DNA from: Candidatus Coprocola pullicola
GTDB taxonomy: Bacteria > Bacillota > Clostridia > Lachnospirales > Anaerotignaceae
Assembly: GCA_018715395.1 (NCBI GenBank)
Contig: DVLQ01000104.1
Span: 1 to 49,470, forward strand
DNA length: 49,470 bases
Direction: 5' to 3'
The notes beneath the pieces were generated by a model, which saw only the letters and a program-made list of their open reading frames with translations, did no database searches and was not told where the DNA came from. Made by a program: the position numbers and the translations under genes. Shown here piece by piece: positions 30,323-40,136 of the stretch (positions within the stretch are counted from its first letter, which is position 1; the number at the start of each line of letters is the position of its first letter).

Positions 30323-31561
30323 ATGAAGGGAAAAGGAAGCTTGATGCTCTTTGCTATGCTCCTATTAGTAGGTGTTTTGGCATTTCTTTCTTATAAAGGC
30401 ATAGGAGAAGAAAAACTGGGTAGTGTTTGGAACATTAAGCAAGGATTGGACTTGAGCGGCGGTGTGCAGATATTGTACGAAGCAGACAAACAAACGGTAA
30501 CAGAGGAGGAAATGCAAGCGGCAGTTTCATTGATTCAAGGAAGACTGGATTGGAATAACTGGACAGAGGCAGAAGTGGCAAAAGAAGGTCAAAAACGTCT
30601 TAGAGTAGACATTCCCGGTGTGGAAAATGCCGAAGAGGCGATTAGCGAAATTGGACAAACAGCACAGCTTTCTTTTGTAGATGAATCAGGAAAAGTGCTT
30701 TTGACAGGCGATATGGTAGCAGACGCCAGAAAACAGGTAGGACAAGTTTCTCAAAGTGGCGTTTCACAGTCCTATGTTTCATTGGAATTTACAGAAGAAG
30801 GAAAGCAATTATTTGCACAAGCAACAAAAGACAATATTGGAAAACAAATTGCCATTGTGTTGGATGATGAAGTAGTGAGTGCTCCTGTGGTAAATGCAGA
30901 AATTACAGATGGCAATGCTATGATTACAGGAAATTTTACACCGGAAGAAGCTGAAAGAACAGCATCTTTGATTCGTGCCGGTTCTTTGCCCTTTAATTTG
31001 AATGTATTAAAAATGGAAAATGTTGGCGCAAGATTGGGAGCAGACGCTCTTTCTACAGGATTAAAAGCCGGTATAGTAGGGATTGCTTTGGTATTATTGT
31101 TTATGCTGATTGTTTATAAAGCTCTAGGATTTGCGGCAGACTGGGCACTGGCAATCTACATAGGACTGGAATTGGTGGCATTGAGTATTTTTGATGTGAC
31201 ATTGACTCTGCCCGGTATTGCAGGCATTGTACTTTCAGTTGGCATGGCGGTAGATGCCAATGTTGTCATATTTGAAAGAATGAAAGAAGAATTGCTGGAG
31301 GGACATTCTTTGAGAGCTTCTGTGCACAATGGCTTTTCCAGAGCGTTGCCTGCCATTATTGATGGCAATGTGACTACTATCATTGCAGCCGGAGTGCTGT
31401 TTTGGTTAGGGACAGGCACTGTAAAAGGATTTGCACAAACACTTATGATAGGTATTATCATTTCTATGTTTACAGCTATTTTTATTACAAGAATCATATT
31501 GCAGGGCATGATTTATATTGGCATAAACAATCCCAAGTTTTATGGATTGCGCACAAAGTAA
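30323..31561 (+). CDS. secD: Protein translocase subunit SecD
   Basis: GLDLSGG, LTLPGIAGIVLSVGMAVDANVVIFER, DGNVTT, VKGFA. Confidence 0.97.
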   Translation: MKGKGSLMLFAMLLLVGVLAFLSYKGIGEEKLGSVWNIKQGLDLSGGVQILYEADKQTVTEEEMQAAVSLIQGRLDWNNWTEAEVAKEGQKRLRVDIPGVENAEEAISEIGQTAQLSFVDESGKVLLTGDMVADARKQVGQVSQSGVSQSYVSLEFTEEGKQLFAQATKDNIGKQIAIVLDDEVVSAPVVNAEITDGNAMITGNFTPEEAERTASLIRAGSLPFNLNVLKMENVGARLGADALSTGLKAGIVGIALVLLFMLIVYKALGFAADWALAIYIGLELVALSIFDVTLTLPGIAGIVLSVGMAVDANVVIFERMKEELLEGHSLRASVHNGFSRALPAIIDGNVTTIIAAGVLFWLGTGTVKGFAQTLMIGIIISMFTAIFITRIILQGMIYIGINNPKFYGLRTK

Positions 31562-31576
31562 GGGAGGCGAAAAATA

Positions 31577-32455
31577 ATGAAAATCGTAGAAAACAGATTG
31601 AAATTTTTTGCGGTGTCTATTGTAATTATTTTAGCCGGCATGGTTTTTATGATAGTCAATGCAAGCGGCGGAAAAGGCATTTTTAACTTTGATGTAGAAT
31701 TTACAGGCGGTACTGCCATGAGTATCAATGTAGGAGAGGATTTTTCAAATGATGACATTACAGCAATCATTACAGAAGTAACGGGACAAAAAAGCCCTCA
31801 AGTACAAAGAGTGGTAGGAACAAACAATGTTTCTGTTAAAATGCAGTCTATTGATGCACAGACTAGGACAGAGCTTTCAGAAACAATACTGGCAAAATAT
31901 AAAAATGCTAGCATTGATTCTATACAGGATGTATCTGCTACTGTCAGCCAAGAAATGCAGTTGACGGCTATAAAGGCAGTTTTGATTGCTTGTATCTGTA
32001 TGCTGATTTATATTTCTATACGTTTTAAAGATTTCAGAGCAGGCGGCAGCGCCATTATAGCGTTACTTCATGATGTATTGGTTGTGATTGCTTGTTATGC
32101 TATTTTACGCATTCCTGTAAATAACGCTTTTATTGCAGTGCTTTTAACAATATTAGGGTATTCTATCAATTCTACAATCGTTATATTTGACAGAATCAGA
32201 GAAAATGGTTCAAAATTTAGAAAACATCAAACGGCAGAAAAAATTAATAAAAGTATTAGCCAAACATTAGGACGCTGTGTCAATACCACATTGACCACAT
32301 TGTTTACAATAGGCGCTATTTATGTTTTAGGCGTACAGTCTATCAAAGATTTTTCATTGCCTATGATAGTAGGCATCATTGCAGGAGCTTATTCTTCCAT
32401 ATTTATTTCCGGTTCTATATGGTATATGCTTTTGCCAAAAAGTGAAAAGGAATGA
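31577..32455 (+). CDS. secF: Protein translocase subunit SecF
   Basis: EFTGGT, ALLHDV, GYSINSTIVIFDRIRE, GAYSSIFI. Confidence 0.97.
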   Translation: MKIVENRLKFFAVSIVIILAGMVFMIVNASGGKGIFNFDVEFTGGTAMSINVGEDFSNDDITAIITEVTGQKSPQVQRVVGTNNVSVKMQSIDAQTRTELSETILAKYKNASIDSIQDVSATVSQEMQLTAIKAVLIACICMLIYISIRFKDFRAGGSAIIALLHDVLVVIACYAILRIPVNNAFIAVLLTILGYSINSTIVIFDRIRENGSKFRKHQTAEKINKSISQTLGRCVNTTLTTLFTIGAIYVLGVQSIKDFSLPMIVGIIAGAYSSIFISGSIWYMLLPKSEKE

Positions 32456-32508
32456 TTGTTTGAAAAACAGATGATATATTGTCTGTTTTTTATTAGGGAG
32501 AAAGAAGT

Positions 32509-34305
32509 GTGATTTTTTTGAAAAACAGATGGGTGATAAAACAAACAAAAGCAGATTTGCAAAAAATGCAACAGGTGCTTGGCATTACCCAAGCCACAGC
32601 GGCAGTATTGGCAAATCGGGGCATTGCTACTAAAAAACAGGCGATTGCCTTTTTAAAAGCAGGACAAACGCCTCTTTACGATTTATTGGGAGAAAAACCT
32701 ATGAAAGACGCCCAAAAAGCTATAACACTTCTTGAAAAAGCCATTGTAGAAGGGAAAAAAATTGCAGTTTACGGCGATTATGATGTGGATGGCGTTACAA
32801 GTACGGCTATATGGTATAAAACCATCAAAGCCTGCAAAGGAAATGTCATTTATTATATTCCACACAGGCAAAAAGAAGGATATGGGCTGAATATAGAAGC
32901 TGTGGAGGAATTGCATAAAAAAGGCATTGAAGTGCTTTTAACCTGTGACAATGGCATTGCGGCGTTAGAAGAAGTCAAAAGAGCAAAACAACTGCAAATG
33001 GAGGTGATTATTGTAGATCACCATGAGCCTGGATTTGAAAAAAAAGGAGAAACCAAAACAGACATATTGCCGGCAGCGGACGCTATTGTTGACCCAAAAC
33101 AAAGAGATTGTCCCTATGGTTTTAAAATGCTTTGTGCAGGAGGGCTTTCTTATAAATTGGCACTGGTTTTATTAAAAAAAATGAATATTTCCGATAAAGC
33201 TTTGCAACAAGAATGTCTTCATTTGGCGGCATTGGCAACAGTTTGTGACATTGTAGATTTGATGGAGGAAAACAGAAGCATTGTCAAAATGGGATTAAAA
33301 ACAATGGCGCAAACAAGCAATGTAGGATTGCAGGCTCTTTTGAAAGAAACAGGGCTTTTGGGAAAAACGCTGACAGAATATCATATAGGATTTATGATAG
33401 GTCCTTGTGTCAATGCGGCAGGAAGACTGGAAACAGCAAAAACAGCCGTAGCGTTGTTTTGTGAAACAGCGCCGGAAAAAGCAAAAGAGTATGCCGCTGT
33501 TTTGATAGAACAAAACAATGCTAGAAAAGAAATGACACAAAAGGCGGCTCAAAAACTCATTGAAGAGGCATACAAAGAGCCTTGGGGCAAAGAAAATGTT
33601 TTGGTGGCGTTTGAAGAAACAATACATGAAAGCATTGCGGGTATTGTGGCAGGACGTGTCAAAGAAAAGTATTATAAACCCACTATTGTGATTACAAAAG
33701 CGGAAAATATGGCAAAAGGTTCTGGAAGAAGCATTGAAGGCTACAATATGTTTGAAGAACTGTATGCCTGCAAAGATTTGTTTTCCAAATTTGGAGGGCA
33801 TCCTATGGCGGCGGGACTTTCTATAGCTTATGAAAACATTTCTGAGCTTAGAAAAAGATTAAATGAAAATTGTAAATTGACAAAGCAACAGCTTATGCCT
33901 GTGCTAAAAATCGAAAAAGCACTTTCTTTTTCAGAAATAGATATGAATTTGGCGATGGAATTAAAAACGCTTGCTCCTTTTGGAAAGGGCAATCATATTC
34001 CCCTATTTGGTTCAAAAAATATAGGGATACATCGATTTTATATCATTGGAAAAGAAAAAAATATATTGCGTATGACATTACAGGAAAAGCAAACAGGTAT
34101 CAAGATTTCTGCCATATCTTTTGATGGTTTGGAAACATTTAGACAAATGATAAAACAATTGTATGGAGAAGAAAATTGTGATACCATATTAGAGAACGGT
34201 TTTTTTGAAAAACCGTTGGATTTTGTCTATAGCATAGACATCAATACATTTGGAGGAGGGTCTTCTGTGCAATTGACTATAAAAGATTTTCGTATCAGCC
34301 AATAA
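32509..34305 (+). CDS. recJ: Single-stranded DNA exonuclease RecJ
   Basis: GDYDVDG, EGYGL, TCDNG, DHH, GSGRS, GGHPMAAG. Confidence 0.97.
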   Translation: MIFLKNRWVIKQTKADLQKMQQVLGITQATAAVLANRGIATKKQAIAFLKAGQTPLYDLLGEKPMKDAQKAITLLEKAIVEGKKIAVYGDYDVDGVTSTAIWYKTIKACKGNVIYYIPHRQKEGYGLNIEAVEELHKKGIEVLLTCDNGIAALEEVKRAKQLQMEVIIVDHHEPGFEKKGETKTDILPAADAIVDPKQRDCPYGFKMLCAGGLSYKLALVLLKKMNISDKALQQECLHLAALATVCDIVDLMEENRSIVKMGLKTMAQTSNVGLQALLKETGLLGKTLTEYHIGFMIGPCVNAAGRLETAKTAVALFCETAPEKAKEYAAVLIEQNNARKEMTQKAAQKLIEEAYKEPWGKENVLVAFEETIHESIAGIVAGRVKEKYYKPTIVITKAENMAKGSGRSIEGYNMFEELYACKDLFSKFGGHPMAAGLSIAYENISELRKRLNENCKLTKQQLMPVLKIEKALSFSEIDMNLAMELKTLAPFGKGNHIPLFGSKNIGIHRFYIIGKEKNILRMTLQEKQTGIKISAISFDGLETFRQMIKQLYGEENCDTILENGFFEKPLDFVYSIDINTFGGGSSVQLTIKDFRISQ

Positions 34306-34321
34306 ATATGGAGGGGAAAAA

Positions 34322-34834
34322 ATGGATTTAAAAAGTAAAATACGTTCTATTGCCGATTTTCCGGAAAAAGGAATCATTTTTAGAGATATTACCACATTGT
34401 TGAAAGAAGCGGAGGGAATGCACCAAGCTATTGAACAAATGGAACAAAAACTGGAAGGATTGGAATATGACATTGTATTAGGACCGGAATCCAGAGGGTT
34501 TTTATTTGGTATGCCCATTGCCTACAACCAAAAAAAAGGATTTGTTCCGGTAAGAAAAAAAGGAAAACTGCCTGCAAAAACACTCAGCAAAGAATATGCC
34601 CTGGAATATGGCGTTGCTACCATTGAAATTCACCAAGATGCTATTGAAAAAGGACAAAAGGTTGTAATTGTAGATGATTTGCTGGCAACAGGAGGCACAG
34701 CAAAAGCCATTGTGGAAATGGTGGAGGAAATGGGAGCAGAAGTGGTGGCTCTTGACTTTTTGATAGAATTGGAAGAACTTCAAGGCAGAAAGACATTACA
34801 AGGATATCGTGTAGAATCTGTTGTAAAGTATTAA
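34322..34834 (+). CDS. apt: Adenine phosphoribosyltransferase
   Basis: FRDITTLL, ESRGF, RKKGKLP, YALEYG, VDDLLATGGT. Confidence 0.98.
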   Translation: MDLKSKIRSIADFPEKGIIFRDITTLLKEAEGMHQAIEQMEQKLEGLEYDIVLGPESRGFLFGMPIAYNQKKGFVPVRKKGKLPAKTLSKEYALEYGVATIEIHQDAIEKGQKVVIVDDLLATGGTAKAIVEMVEEMGAEVVALDFLIELEELQGRKTLQGYRVESVVKY

Positions 34835-35200
34835 AAATAGAGAAATACAACTATAATATAGTGATTTTATAAAGTAAGTTCTAAAAGAAGAGGCATAGAT
34901 TTTTTGATAAAGAAGACGGATAATGCTTCAAATAGTAACAAGCAAAAACAGATTGATTGACGTTAGTATGCTTACTTTGCAAATTCTGTTTAAAAAATTT
35001 TTCTGCAACTGTAAACAGAATTTTTTTAAAAACATTTCATTCAGAAGGTGTATGTATTGATAGAAAATGAAAGTATAATATCGACCCTTGCTTTGCAGAA
35101 AACCCATAAACAAAGAGTTTATTTGCTGCAAGGGCGTTGTTGCTATAAAAACAAACAGATGTGAAACATATGCTTTTGATACATTATAATGCTTGATAAG

Positions 35201-35866
35201 TCAAAGAGGTTCTCCAATATCTTTGACTACATTTAATAATTTTTGGTAAGAGGATTTGCTGGCGGCGCCATAAAGCATTTGCAGTTCGCCGTTACTGAAA
35301 GTGAAGACAACTACCAAGTTATCACAAGCATTGCTGTAGAAAGAAATGTTTGTATCAATCCAATTTTGCATTTGAAAGGGGTATTTTGTAAGCGAGGCTT
35401 GAAGAAGCTGCAAATGTTCTGTTGTCAAAGTATAAAATTCTTCCGGCTGATAGTCAAAAGTAAATACAGACTCATATGTTAAAGCTGCCATGAGAAATTC
35501 TTTTGTAGTAGAAGTACAAATCTGCCATGTTTTATCATCATAGCTTGTGTAAACAGGGGGATTTGAAAAAGATAAATCTTTTCGATGAATACCGGCACGA
35601 CAAACCCCTTGATTTTCATTTAACAAAATAAAATAATCTGATTTTTCCAGCCAGCTCCATTGTTTAAAATTTTGGGGGGATATCCAATGGTCTTGTACAA
35701 AATGAAAGGCTTTTGTTTTGCCGGCAGTATCATAATAGTCTTCTAGTACTTGTGGCAAAGCGCCAAATTTGTTTTTTAGAAAATGGATTTCTTCTTTTGT
35801 GTAACCTTCTAAAGCAGAAGTGTGATATAACTGCTTTAGGGTGTTGAGAAAGTTTTTCATTTTCAT
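35201..35866 (-). CDS. Hypothetical protein with an SMI1/KNR4 (SUKH)-like N-terminus
   Basis: GYTKEEIHFLKNKFGALPQVLEDYY, ENQGVC and NPPVY patterns; AAGGAG RBS. Confidence 0.7.
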   Translation of the reverse strand: MKMKNFLNTLKQLYHTSALEGYTKEEIHFLKNKFGALPQVLEDYYDTAGKTKAFHFVQDHWISPQNFKQWSWLEKSDYFILLNENQGVCRAGIHRKDLSFSNPPVYTSYDDKTWQICTSTTKEFLMAALTYESVFTFDYQPEEFYTLTTEHLQLLQASLTKYPFQMQNWIDTNISFYSNACDNLVVVFTFSNGELQMLYGAASKSSYQKLLNVVKDIGEPL

Positions 35867-36005
35867 TTTATCTCCTTAAATAGTATTTTGATGATAGTAT
35901 AGCATAAGTATGTTTTATTTGCTATATCAAAAAGAATAAAGACAGAAAATGAGAAAAAAGCATTTAGGCTTTAAACACGTTTTCTGTCTTTTTTATTACG
36001 CTATT

Positions 36006-36605
36006 TTAACAAACACTTTGACAAAGCACAATAATTGTTTCGGGTGTTGTTTGGGCAGGAATACTTCTGGTAGAAGCAGTATAGATAACAATCAGATAAT
36101 GATTTGCCGGACTTGCTGTAAATGTTTGCCCATTTTCCAGCAAAATTTGTGTATTGGAATCAATATTAAGCTGGAGCGCTTTATCTTGGCTTAAAAGATT
36201 GCTGTCAAAATAATCTACTTTTACATTTTTATTCAATGTGTTGGGAGCCACCACAACTGCCTGAAATCTGGGAGGATAGATAAGCACAGCAGGAGCGTCG
36301 GCATCATAAAACACAGTAATAGACATTCCTCTTGAAATATTGGCTTGATTAATAAAATAAGTAGAAGGGGTGACAATAAAATTTGTAATACGACCATTTT
36401 GGTCACGAAGTTCGAATAATTTTGTACAGCCATCGTCGTTTAAATCTGAAATATTTGTGACAATGCCTTGTACGCCTAAATAACGAGAGGTGGAAACAGG
36501 GATATTTTCTTCCACATTACCACAGCTGCATCCTGTTGTGCCAGTCATATTTGGCGATTGTCTGGCGGAAATTTTTTTGGATTGTAATTTATTGTTATAA
36601 TACAT
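36006..36605 (-). CDS. Hypothetical protein (199 aa)
   Basis: AGGAG RBS; beta-rich composition with two loosely similar halves. Confidence 0.8.
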   Translation of the reverse strand: MYYNNKLQSKKISARQSPNMTGTTGCSCGNVEENIPVSTSRYLGVQGIVTNISDLNDDGCTKLFELRDQNGRITNFIVTPSTYFINQANISRGMSITVFYDADAPAVLIYPPRFQAVVVAPNTLNKNVKVDYFDSNLLSQDKALQLNIDSNTQILLENGQTFTASPANHYLIVIYTASTRSIPAQTTPETIIVLCQSVC

Positions 36606-36756
36606 AGATAGAAACTCCTATTTGATTTGTTTAATTATATGTATGCAAAAGGGCATGGGCAAGATACATTTTTTAAAAAAGTTTTAAAAAAGAAATTTTA
36701 TCTGATTGAAATGAGTGTGATAAGTGGTTTCTAAAACAGGTATTGCAATACCCTGT

Positions 36757-37286
36757 TTAGTACTGCTTTGTATCATTTTTAGCATATAAGATAGCTATTT
36801 GAGTACCGATATTTCTCATAGTTTGCAGTTTCTCTAAATTCTGATTCATATGAAACATATTTAGGTAAGTAGAGGATACAATGGACATAGAGGCGTTTAA
36901 CAAATCTATATAAGTAGTGGGGTTACTGCTGCAAGGAGATATCATGGCAGCCCTAGAATTTTTTATAAAGGTAATGTCAATATGGTAGAGTGTGCCAAAA
37001 CACTCTGTCCAAAAAAATTCTTCCGCCTAATATGAATAAATAGGAGAGCAAAATACAAGATCATTTGCTTTTTTTTGCTAGTTTTATAAATTGACGCAAT
37101 TTTTAGAAAAGATACCACCTTTTTGTTGATATGGGTTGCAACCAATGCAGTGTTTTATGGCAGAAGAGCCTAATTGAAAAATTTTATATGAGATATTCTG
37201 CTGCTGCACTATAGACACAATTTTTGTCAAAGTGGTATAGCTACAGCCGTTTTGATTGGTGTGCCATTTAGCATTAATACTTTTGT
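36757..37286 (-). pseudogene. Decayed flavodoxin-family (NAD(P)H-dependent FMN reductase / iron-sulfur flavoprotein) gene
   Basis: Ordered fragments across frames: KVLMLNG, GCSYTTL, AIKHCIGCN, DLVFCSPIY, FLDRVF, VSSTYLNM, LQTMRNIG; start codon lost. Confidence 0.75.
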
Positions 37287-38305
37287 TTGAGATGATATCC
37301 TTTATTGACCTGTTATAATACTTATTATAAAATAAAATTATATTTTTGAACAGAAGGTATTTTTGGGTGTCTTTTCAACTTAAGTAGTGATGGATGAGAA
37401 TTTGTCGGTTTGACAAAAACACTGTGAATAGGACGTCCGCCTTGTAATCAACGGAAGAATACAGTATGATATAAAAAATTGATCGTCGGCGGCGAGTGAC
37501 AAAGTAGGTTCAGCGTTATAGATCGCAGTTGAAGTTGCAATAATATACGCTGCAGTCGTTCCACATATTTTGGAAAAAAAGCTCCCATCATAAAAAGGAT
37601 AACTCTAATTTGGAAACGTCCTTTTTGGTTATTTTTATTAACGATTAAGTGGACGTTCTAAAAGCAATATTTTCTTTGAAATAGAATCCATACATGTTTC
37701 TTTTCAATTTAAGTAGAGCTGAATAGCAGTTTGTCAGTTTCATAAATAACAGCTCTAACTTTAAGCGTCTTGAAGTATAAGATGTATTTGGCAAACGCTT
37801 ATGATAGTTCTGGTTGGTTGTATTGATACAACTGGTTAAAAATTTTTTAGTGATTGAGAACAAATTTTGCAAAAGCAGGTGAAACGACTGCTATTGTTAT
37901 GTTATATGGGTTTTGTTACGACACATAATTTTACTGAATGAGAGTGTGGTGTGATATTAAATACTATTTTCATTATCTTACCGGCATTTTTTGGTGTGTC
38001 TGTTGATTGCTTTTATTGGAGTTTCATTTGTCAGCAAGAAAAAAGAAAAACTTTAAGGATACTTTTTGGACTTTTTTTAGAAATAAGAAATCTATTTGAC
38101 TGTGTCAATTTAAATTTGCATGAGATTGACAGAAAATTTCAATTTTCTATGAAATTGTTACTTTCCTTAAAAGGGATACTTTTTTGTAAATTATTTTCTA
38201 AAAAGCAAATAAAAAAGAAAATAAGAAAAATAATTGTTGCAAAAATACGTTTGTAGTAATATTATGTTAGGGCAGAGAAAATAATTATTAATAATAACAA
38301 TAAAG

Positions 38306-39241
38306 GTGAGGATAACTGTGGAATGGGAAAAAAAACAAGCCAAAAAAACATTTAACTTTTTGGCGGGAGCATTGATGATATATAATTTAATATTTGGTTT
38401 TGTTGTATTTGGAATAGATTTGATGGAAATAAGCACATTACTTTTTATTTTTGATGATATGCAATGGGATCAAGCTGCAGAGATAGTATATCATAGTGGT
38501 ATTGGTTTAAGTATTGGATCTGTTGTAGGGGTTATTATTGTAGGATTGATTATGCAACAAAGTCCTTCTTTTGAAAAAAGGAGATTGATCGACGTTAATA
38601 CAATAATCATTTTTTACATATTAATGCAGGCGATACAATTATTGGGCAATTATATTTTGCTGCCTATGGAATTTTTAGTTTATTGGGCAGGATATAGCTT
38701 TGAAGAGGCTACTACAGCGGCAAGCCAAGTTTCTGATCTGTTTTCTTCTTTTATATATTCTGTTGCAGTGGCACCAATAGCGGAAGAAATTCTTTGCAGA
38801 GGCATTGTTATGAAAAAGCTTGAAAAATATGGAAAATCCTTTGCAGTACTCATTTCTGCCATGCTTTTTGGACTGCTGCATCAAAATATTGTTCAATTTC
38901 CCATTACAATGATGATAGGCATATTATTTGGATATTTAGCACAAAAATATTCTTTAAAAGCGGCAATACTACTTCATGTGTTAAATAATGTTTCTGTGGA
39001 GATGGTAGGAATTTTAGGAGAACGATATGCTATTGTTTGGACATTGGATATATTGTTTTTACATTTTTGTGTTGTTGCAAGCGTTGTGATTCTTTGGAAA
39101 AAAAGAGATGTTATTAAAGAATTTTGTAAAAGGCAAGAGCAAAAAAACCCTGCTTTAAAGTGGTTTTTTACAACACCTTTTATGCTTTTTACAATAGTAT
39201 ATTTTTTATTTTTGACTATAAAAAGTATTACGCCATTTTGA
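38306..39241 (+). CDS. CPBP (Abi/CAAX) intramembrane metalloprotease
   Basis: APIAEEILCRG, FGLLH, LLHVLNN. Confidence 0.93.
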   Translation: MRITVEWEKKQAKKTFNFLAGALMIYNLIFGFVVFGIDLMEISTLLFIFDDMQWDQAAEIVYHSGIGLSIGSVVGVIIVGLIMQQSPSFEKRRLIDVNTIIIFYILMQAIQLLGNYILLPMEFLVYWAGYSFEEATTAASQVSDLFSSFIYSVAVAPIAEEILCRGIVMKKLEKYGKSFAVLISAMLFGLLHQNIVQFPITMMIGILFGYLAQKYSLKAAILLHVLNNVSVEMVGILGERYAIVWTLDILFLHFCVVASVVILWKKRDVIKEFCKRQEQKNPALKWFFTTPFMLFTIVYFLFLTIKSITPF

Positions 39242-39277
39242 ATAAAAAATTTTTTGAAAAATTTTTAAAAAAAGTTG

Positions 39278-39306
39278 TTGACATTAAATGAAAACTTTGG
39301 TATGAT
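39278..39306 (+). promoter_or_regulatory. Sigma-A promoter of the tRNA pair
   Basis: TTGACA-17 nt-TATGAT with TG extension. Confidence 0.85.
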
Positions 39307-39346
39307 AGACAGGCAGTCAGGTGACTGTAAAGGAAATAGCAAATAA

Positions 39347-39430
39347 GCCCGAGTGGCGGAACTGGCAGACGCACAGGACTTAAAATCCTGCGGGGTAACA
39401 CCCGTACCGGTTCGATTCCGGTTCTGGGCA
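39347..39430 (+). tRNA. tRNA-Leu(TAA)
   Basis: Anticodon arm CAGGA-CTTAAAA-TCCTG, long variable arm, T-arm ACCGG-TTCGATT-CCGGT; imperfect acceptor stem; CCA not encoded. Confidence 0.93.
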
Positions 39431-39444
39431 CTTTTATAGTATAT

Positions 39445-39516
39445 GCGCGAATGGCTCAGTGGTAGAGCATCGCCTTGCCAAGGCGAGGGTCGCGAGTTCG
39501 AATCTCGTTTCGCGCT
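39445..39516 (+). tRNA. tRNA-Gly(GCC)
   Basis: Acceptor GCGCGAA/TTCGCGC, anticodon arm TCGCC-TTGCCAA-GGCGA, U discriminator; CCA not encoded. Confidence 0.97.
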
Positions 39517-39519
39517 TGT

Positions 39520-39552
39520 AAAAGTCATGTTAAAATAGACATGGCTTTTTTG
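39520..39552 (+). terminator. Terminator of the tRNA pair
   Basis: aaaagtcatgt...acatggctttttt. Confidence 0.75.
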
Positions 39553-40136
39553 TTTTAAAAAATTTTTTATTGTAAACAAACAGAAGCTTTTTTTGTATTT
39601 TTGGTTTTTACAACAGCGATAATTTTTGTTTTTGTATTGCGTTGGTGAGAAAAAATGCAATAGAATAGTATAATTATAATCAAGTAAAAAATCATGATAT
39701 AAATCATAATGGTTACAATATGATTTATAAATAATAGCAGATATCTATTAAATAAAAAGTTGAAAGTGCCTATCAATAGTGTAATAGGCAATCAAAGATA
39801 ACCAAAAGCCTTGTGAAAGAAGTCATAAGGCTTTTTTGCCTAATAATATAGATTTGGTGGTATGGATATCATTTTTTATGAATATGAAAAAATTTAATTT
39901 GATTGTTTGTATAATATTTATGCAAAATAAATAAGTGTTGCTATTCATTAAACAAAAAAGGTATATTTTTTATGATAATTGTTAAGGGTTGGAACAGATT
40001 TTATTTTTTTGAAGTTAGAATATTCTGAAAGATTCATTAAGAATTTTCAAAAAAATTGATTTTGTATGAAAAAAAAGGTACAATAAAACAATGTAGATAG
40101 CAAAACAAAAAATCCCTAGGAAAAAGAGGCGAAAAT

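Noticed and set aside
37420-37620. GC-richer patch as 6S RNA or a riboswitch
   Set aside because: I could not build a convincing fold or find a known motif; decayed coding sequence fits better.
39228-39791. Minus-strand ORFs near the tRNAs
   Set aside because: Antisense to tRNA genes or low-complexity AT-rich sequence without an RBS.
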